Source of the DNA: Bacteroidales bacterium
GTDB lineage: Bacteria; Bacteroidota; Bacteroidia; Bacteroidales; DTU049
Assembly (NCBI GenBank): GCA_012520175.1
Contig: JAAYOU010000029.1
Span: forward strand, 8,867 to 72,866
Length of the DNA stretch: 64,000 nt
Reading direction: 5' to 3'
The position numbers and the translations under genes are program-made. Under the pieces are notes generated by a model. That model ran no database searches, had not been told where the DNA came from, and saw only the letters and a program-made list of their open reading frames with translations. This document shows, in pieces, positions 59,964-64,000 of the stretch (positions are counted from its first letter, which is position 1; each line of letters starts with the position of its first letter).

Positions 59964-62900
59964 CTATTTTTCAATAATTACTTTATAAGTAAATGTTTTT
60001 TCCTCATTTATAAATCTAATATTATAAATACCTGGCTCAACATTACTTATGTCTAAACTAACAACACTTCCATGTTTCATTTCAGACAAATCTTCTGTTT
60101 TTATTAATTTGCCTATAACATCATAAACTTCAACATATAAGTTTCCTTTTTTATTTCCTAATATTTCAATATTTACAATACCATTTGAAGGATTTGGATA
60201 TACAGAAATACTTGATCCTTCAAATTCCATAATAGATGATTCTACATCAATAAGTATTGAAATTTCACTTTGACACATTTCATTATAAGCAATCAATGAT
60301 ACATCATATATTCTATTATCAGTATAAACATGAACAGGATTTTCTTCTGTTGAAGTTGTTCCATCTCCAAATGACCATTGATATGAAGTAGCATTTAAAG
60401 AAGTATTTGTAAAGGAAACTGTTAAACCATTCACATCATATGCAAATGACGCTGTTGGAATAGCAAGAACATTGATTGCTGTTGAAGTAGAGTATTCTAC
60501 ATTGCATTCTCCACTTTGAACAACAGCTCTATATTCCCATGTTGCTGCTAAACCCACAACAGCTAAGTCTGCAATCTCAGAGAATGATTCAAAACCTGCA
60601 GATCCTGGTATATTTATCCATGCCCCACCATTAATTCTGCGTTGCCATGTTAAAACATCTCCAACATTACCACTTAACATAATCATGCCTGTAGATTCTC
60701 CTTGGCAAATTTCTGTTTGCACACTGCTCATTGAGCCTCCTACTGTTACTGGAGAAATTGAAACACTTACAATATCTGAAGAAACAGGACTATTTACAAC
60801 GCAAGTAGCATTAGATGTTAAAATACATTTTACTTCATCCCCATTATTAAGTGTACTTGAAGTAAAAGTACTTGTGCTAATTCCAACATCCACATTATTT
60901 ATAAGCCATTGATATGTTGGATTTGTACCTCCATTTGTAATATTAGTGTTGAAAGATATTGGTGTTCCTTCACAAACAGATGTAGATGGAGAAGCTATAA
61001 CCTCAATACCTGCTTTAATAGATTCTATTACACTCATGGTTATACTTTCTGTCGCTGGATTATTAGTTGCACAAACAAGATCTGATGTTACAGAACAAGC
61101 AACAACATCACCATTTAACAATGCATCTGTGCTAAATTCATTGCTGTTTGTACCAACATTATTTCCATTTACTGTCCATTGATATACAGGATTTGCTCCT
61201 CCATTAGTTGGTGTTGCAATAAAGTTTACTAATGTTCCTGAACAAATAGTAGTTTCACTTGCAACAACATTTAAACTTACAGCATGGCTTTCTATAACAG
61301 ACATTGTTACTGAATTACTTGCTACAGCATTACTTGTTACACAAGTCACACTTGATGTAAGAATACAAGACACAACATCGCCATCTGATAATGAAGTACT
61401 AGTATATGTAGCACTGTTTGATCCTACATTAGTTCCATTTAATTTCCATTGATAGGTTGGGGTAGTACCGCCATTGATAGGTGTTGCAACAAAGGTTACT
61501 AAAGTTCCTGAACAAATAGAGGTTTCACTGGCAACAATACTTATACTTGGTGTTACATTGGCTATAACAGACATCGTTACTGGGTCACTTGTTGCAGTAC
61601 TGCTTATTACACAAGTTAAACTTGATGTGAGAACACATGTTACAACATCGCCATTTGATAATGATGCATTAGTATATGTAGCACTATCTGTTCCTACATC
61701 TGAGCCATTAAGCTTCCATTGATAAGAAGGCGCTATTCCTCCATTAGTTGGGGTTGCAGTAAAGGTCACAGATTCGCCTTCACAAACTGTTGTACCTGTA
61801 TTTGCAGATATACTTACAGATACTGGTAGATTTGAACCTACGGTCATTGATAAGCTATTCGATGTAGCTGGATTACCTGTTGCACAAACCGCATTCGATG
61901 TAAGAATACATGTTACAACATCGCCATTTGATAATGATGCATTAGTATATGTAGCACTATTTGTTCCTACATTAAATCCATTGAGCTTCCATTGATAAGA
62001 TGGTGTTGTACCACCATTGGTTGGTATCGCAGTAAAGGTTGCAGATTCGCCTTCACAAACTGTTGTGCCTGTATTTGCAGATATGCTTACAGAAACTGGT
62101 AAATTTGGATTTACAGTCATTAACAAGCTATTCGATGTTGCTGGACTTTCTGCTGCACAGGTTGCACTTGAAGTAAGAACACAAGTTACTGCATCACCAT
62201 TCAATAAAGATGTACTAGTATATGTAGAACTATTCGTGCCTACATCCGATCCATTAACCTGCCATTGATAGGTAGGAGCAGTACCACCATTGGTTGGAGT
62301 TGCGGTAAAAGTTACAGATTCGCCTTCACAAATTGTAGTGCCCGGATTTGCTGAGATACTTACTGATACTGGTAAATTCGGATTTACAGTCATTGTTAAG
62401 ATATTAGATGTTGCTGGACTGCCTGTTGCACAGGTTGCACTTGAAGTAAGAACACAAGTTACTACATCTCCATCTGCTAATGATGCATTGGTATATGTGG
62501 AACTATTGCTGCCTACAGCTGATCCATTAAGCTTCCATTGATATGTTGGGGCTGTTCCTCCATTAATTGGAGTTGCTGTAAAGATTACAGATTCGCCTTC
62601 ACAAATTGTAGTGCCAGGATTTGCTGAGATGCTTACTGATACTGGTAAATTTGGATTTACAGTCATTGTTAAGATATTAGATGTTGCTGGACTACCTGTT
62701 GCACAAGTTGCATTGGAGGTAAGAACACAAGTTATAGTATCTCCGTCCGATAACGATGCATTAGTATATGTAGTATTGTTGGTACCAACATCGGTTCCAT
62801 TAAGTTTCCATTGATAAAAAGGTGTTGTGCCTCCATTGGTTGGTATTGCGGTAAAAGTTACAGATTCGCCTTCACAAATGGTGGTCCCCGGATTTGCTGA

Positions 62901-64000
62901 AATACTTACAGAAGCTGGTAAATTCGGATTTACAGTCATTGTTAAGATATTAGATGTTGCTGGACTTCCTGTTGCACAGGTTGCACTTGAAGTAAGAACA
63001 CAAGTTACTATATCTCCATCTGCTAATGATGCATTGGTATATGTGGAGCTATTACTACCTACAGCTGATCCATTAAGATGCCATTGATATGTTGGTGCTG
63101 TTCCTCCATTAGTTGGAATTGCGGTAAAGATTACAGATTCACCATCACAAATTGTAGTGCCCGGATTTGCCGAGATGCTTACTGATACTGGTAAATTTGG
63201 ATTTACAGTCATTGTTAAGATATTAGATGTAGCTGGACTACCGGTTGCACAAACTGCATTTGAGGTAAGAATACAAGTTACTGTATCTCCGTCTGATAAT
63301 GATGCATTAGTATATGTAGCATTGTTGCTGCCTACAGCTAATCCATTAAGCTGCCATTGATATGTCGGGGCTGTACCACCATTGGTTGGGATTGCGGTAA
63401 AGGTTACAGATTCACCTTCACAAATTGTAGTGCCCGGATTTGCCGAGATGCTTACAGAAACTGGTAAGTTTGGATTTACGGTCATTGTTAAGATATTAGA
63501 TGTAGCTAAACTATCCGTTACACAAACCGCATTTGATGTAAGAACACAGATTACTGTATCTCCATCTGATAATGAAGCATTTGTATATGTGGCAATATTG
63601 CTGCCTACATCTAATCCATTAAGCTGCCATTGATATGTCGGGGCTGTTCCTCCATTTATTGGTGTTGCTGTAAAGATTACAGATTCGCCTTCACAAATGG
63701 TGGTACCCGGATTTGCTGAAATACTTACAGAAGCTGGTAAATTCGGATTTACAGTCATTGTTAAGATATTAGAAGTAGCTGGACTACCGGTTGCACAAGT
63801 TGCATTGGAGGTGAGAACACAAGTTACTGTATCTCCGTCTGATAATGATGCATTTGTATATGTAGTATTGTTGGTACCAACATCAGTTCCATTAAGTTTC
63901 CACTGATAAGAAGGTGTTGTACCTCCATTGGTTGGTATTGCGGTAAAGGTTACAGATTCGCCTTCACAAATGGTGGTACCCGGATTTGCTGAAATACTTA
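59964..64000 (-). CDS. Giant secreted protein with tandem ~91-aa Ig-like repeats, one PKD domain and T9SS sorting domain; N-terminus beyond window end
   Basis: Frame stays open past the listed ATG at 63758 to 64000; 11 complete repeats of NPNLPVSVSISANPGTTICEGESVTFTA...YQW..NG..VG...; PKD YQWSFGDGTTSTEENPVHVY; C-term ISVYPNPSNGIVNIEILGNKKGNLYVEVYDVIGKLIK...IEK. Confidence 0.92.
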   Translation of the reverse strand, partial: SISANPGTTICEGESVTFTAIPTNGGTTPSYQWKLNGTDVGTNNTTYTNASLSDGDTVTCVLTSNATCATGSPATSNILTMTVNPNLPASVSISANPGTTICEGESVIFTATPINGGTAPTYQWQLNGLDVGSNIATYTNASLSDGDTVICVLTSNAVCVTDSLATSNILTMTVNPNLPVSVSISANPGTTICEGESVTFTAIPTNGGTAPTYQWQLNGLAVGSNNATYTNASLSDGDTVTCILTSNAVCATGSPATSNILTMTVNPNLPVSVSISANPGTTICDGESVIFTAIPTNGGTAPTYQWHLNGSAVGSNSSTYTNASLADGDIVTCVLTSSATCATGSPATSNILTMTVNPNLPASVSISANPGTTICEGESVTFTAIPTNGGTTPFYQWKLNGTDVGTNNTTYTNASLSDGDTITCVLTSNATCATGSPATSNILTMTVNPNLPVSVSISANPGTTICEGESVIFTATPINGGTAPTYQWKLNGSAVGSNSSTYTNASLADGDVVTCVLTSSATCATGSPATSNILTMTVNPNLPVSVSISANPGTTICEGESVTFTATPTNGGTAPTYQWQVNGSDVGTNSSTYTSTSLLNGDAVTCVLTSSATCAAESPATSNSLLMTVNPNLPVSVSISANTGTTVCEGESATFTAIPTNGGTTPSYQWKLNGFNVGTNSATYTNASLSNGDVVTCILTSNAVCATGNPATSNSLSMTVGSNLPVSVSISANTGTTVCEGESVTFTATPTNGGIAPSYQWKLNGSDVGTDSATYTNASLSNGDVVTCVLTSSLTCVISSTATSDPVTMSVIANVTPSISIVASETSICSGTLVTFVATPINGGTTPTYQWKLNGTNVGSNSATYTSTSLSDGDVVSCILTSSVTCVTSNAVASNSVTMSVIESHAVSLNVVASETTICSGTLVNFIATPTNGGANPVYQWTVNGNNVGTNSNEFSTDALLNGDVVACSVTSDLVCATNNPATESITMSVIESIKAGIEVIASPSTSVCEGTPISFNTNITNGGTNPTYQWLINNVDVGISTSTFTSSTLNNGDEVKCILTSNATCVVNSPVSSDIVSVSISPVTVGGSMSSVQTEICQGESTGMIMLSGNVGDVLTWQRRINGGAWINIPGSAGFESFSEIADLAVVGLAATWEYRAVVQSGECNVEYSTSTAINVLAIPTASFAYDVNGLTVSFTNTSLNATSYQWSFGDGTTSTEENPVHVYTDNRIYDVSLIAYNEMCQSEISILIDVESSIMEFEGSSISVYPNPSNGIVNIEILGNKKGNLYVEVYDVIGKLIKTEDLSEMKHGSVVSLDISNVEPGIYNIRFINEEKTFTYKVIIEK
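60764..64000 (-). repeat. Tandem array of ~273-bp coding repeats
   Basis: Repeated aaattyggatttacagtcattgttaagatattagatgt... block at 273-bp period; 11 full copies plus one partial, diverging toward the 3' end of the gene. Confidence 0.9.

Noticed and set aside
59964-60500. CRISPR array considered because of periodic repeats nearby
   Set aside because: Period is 273 bp and in frame with protein repeats; no 23-50 bp repeat/spacer pattern and no cas genes.
60685-63906. Series of plus-strand antisense ORFs of 67-86 aa in the supplied track (e.g. 61474, 62017, 62290, 62827, 63382)
   Set aside because: They recur in register with the 273-bp tandem repeat and are mirror frames of the large minus-strand gene; no independent coding evidence.
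1-64000. tRNA or rRNA genes
   Set aside because: No cloverleaf-like segment or conserved rRNA sequence recognised while reading the intergenic regions; a tRNAscan-SE/barrnap run would settle this.

Overview
AT-rich chromosomal window from a member of the Bacteroidota, identified from family content: GldB-like lipoprotein, type IX secretion (T9SS) C-terminal sorting domains, DUF4270/DUF4249 lipoproteins and a TonB receptor. Left half: housekeeping genes (RluA-type pseudouridine synthase, gpsA, glmS, glyQS, S41 protease, PPK2, nadC, rlmH). Embedded in it is a very tightly packed six-gene plus-strand operon (13733-21057): adenylation enzyme, GNAT, acyl carrier protein, SGNH protein, SGNH protein with three LysM modules, and MBOAT. 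It has the parts list of a Dlt-like envelope acylation pathway, but in a Gram-negative lineage and with an extra acetyltransferase and a peptidoglycan-binding SGNH protein. This is my best candidate for a poorly described system. Right half: a surface-polysaccharide locus (about 36.6-52.9 kb) with a 21-bp inverted repeat at its divergent promoter region, two giant repeat-rich T9SS cargo proteins, and an internally deleted IS256-like element between them. Long intergenic regions carry a dispersed degenerate repeat family (core TTGATTATCAGCGACTTAYG). No tRNA, rRNA or CRISPR was recognised. All family calls are from reading the sequence; no searches were run.
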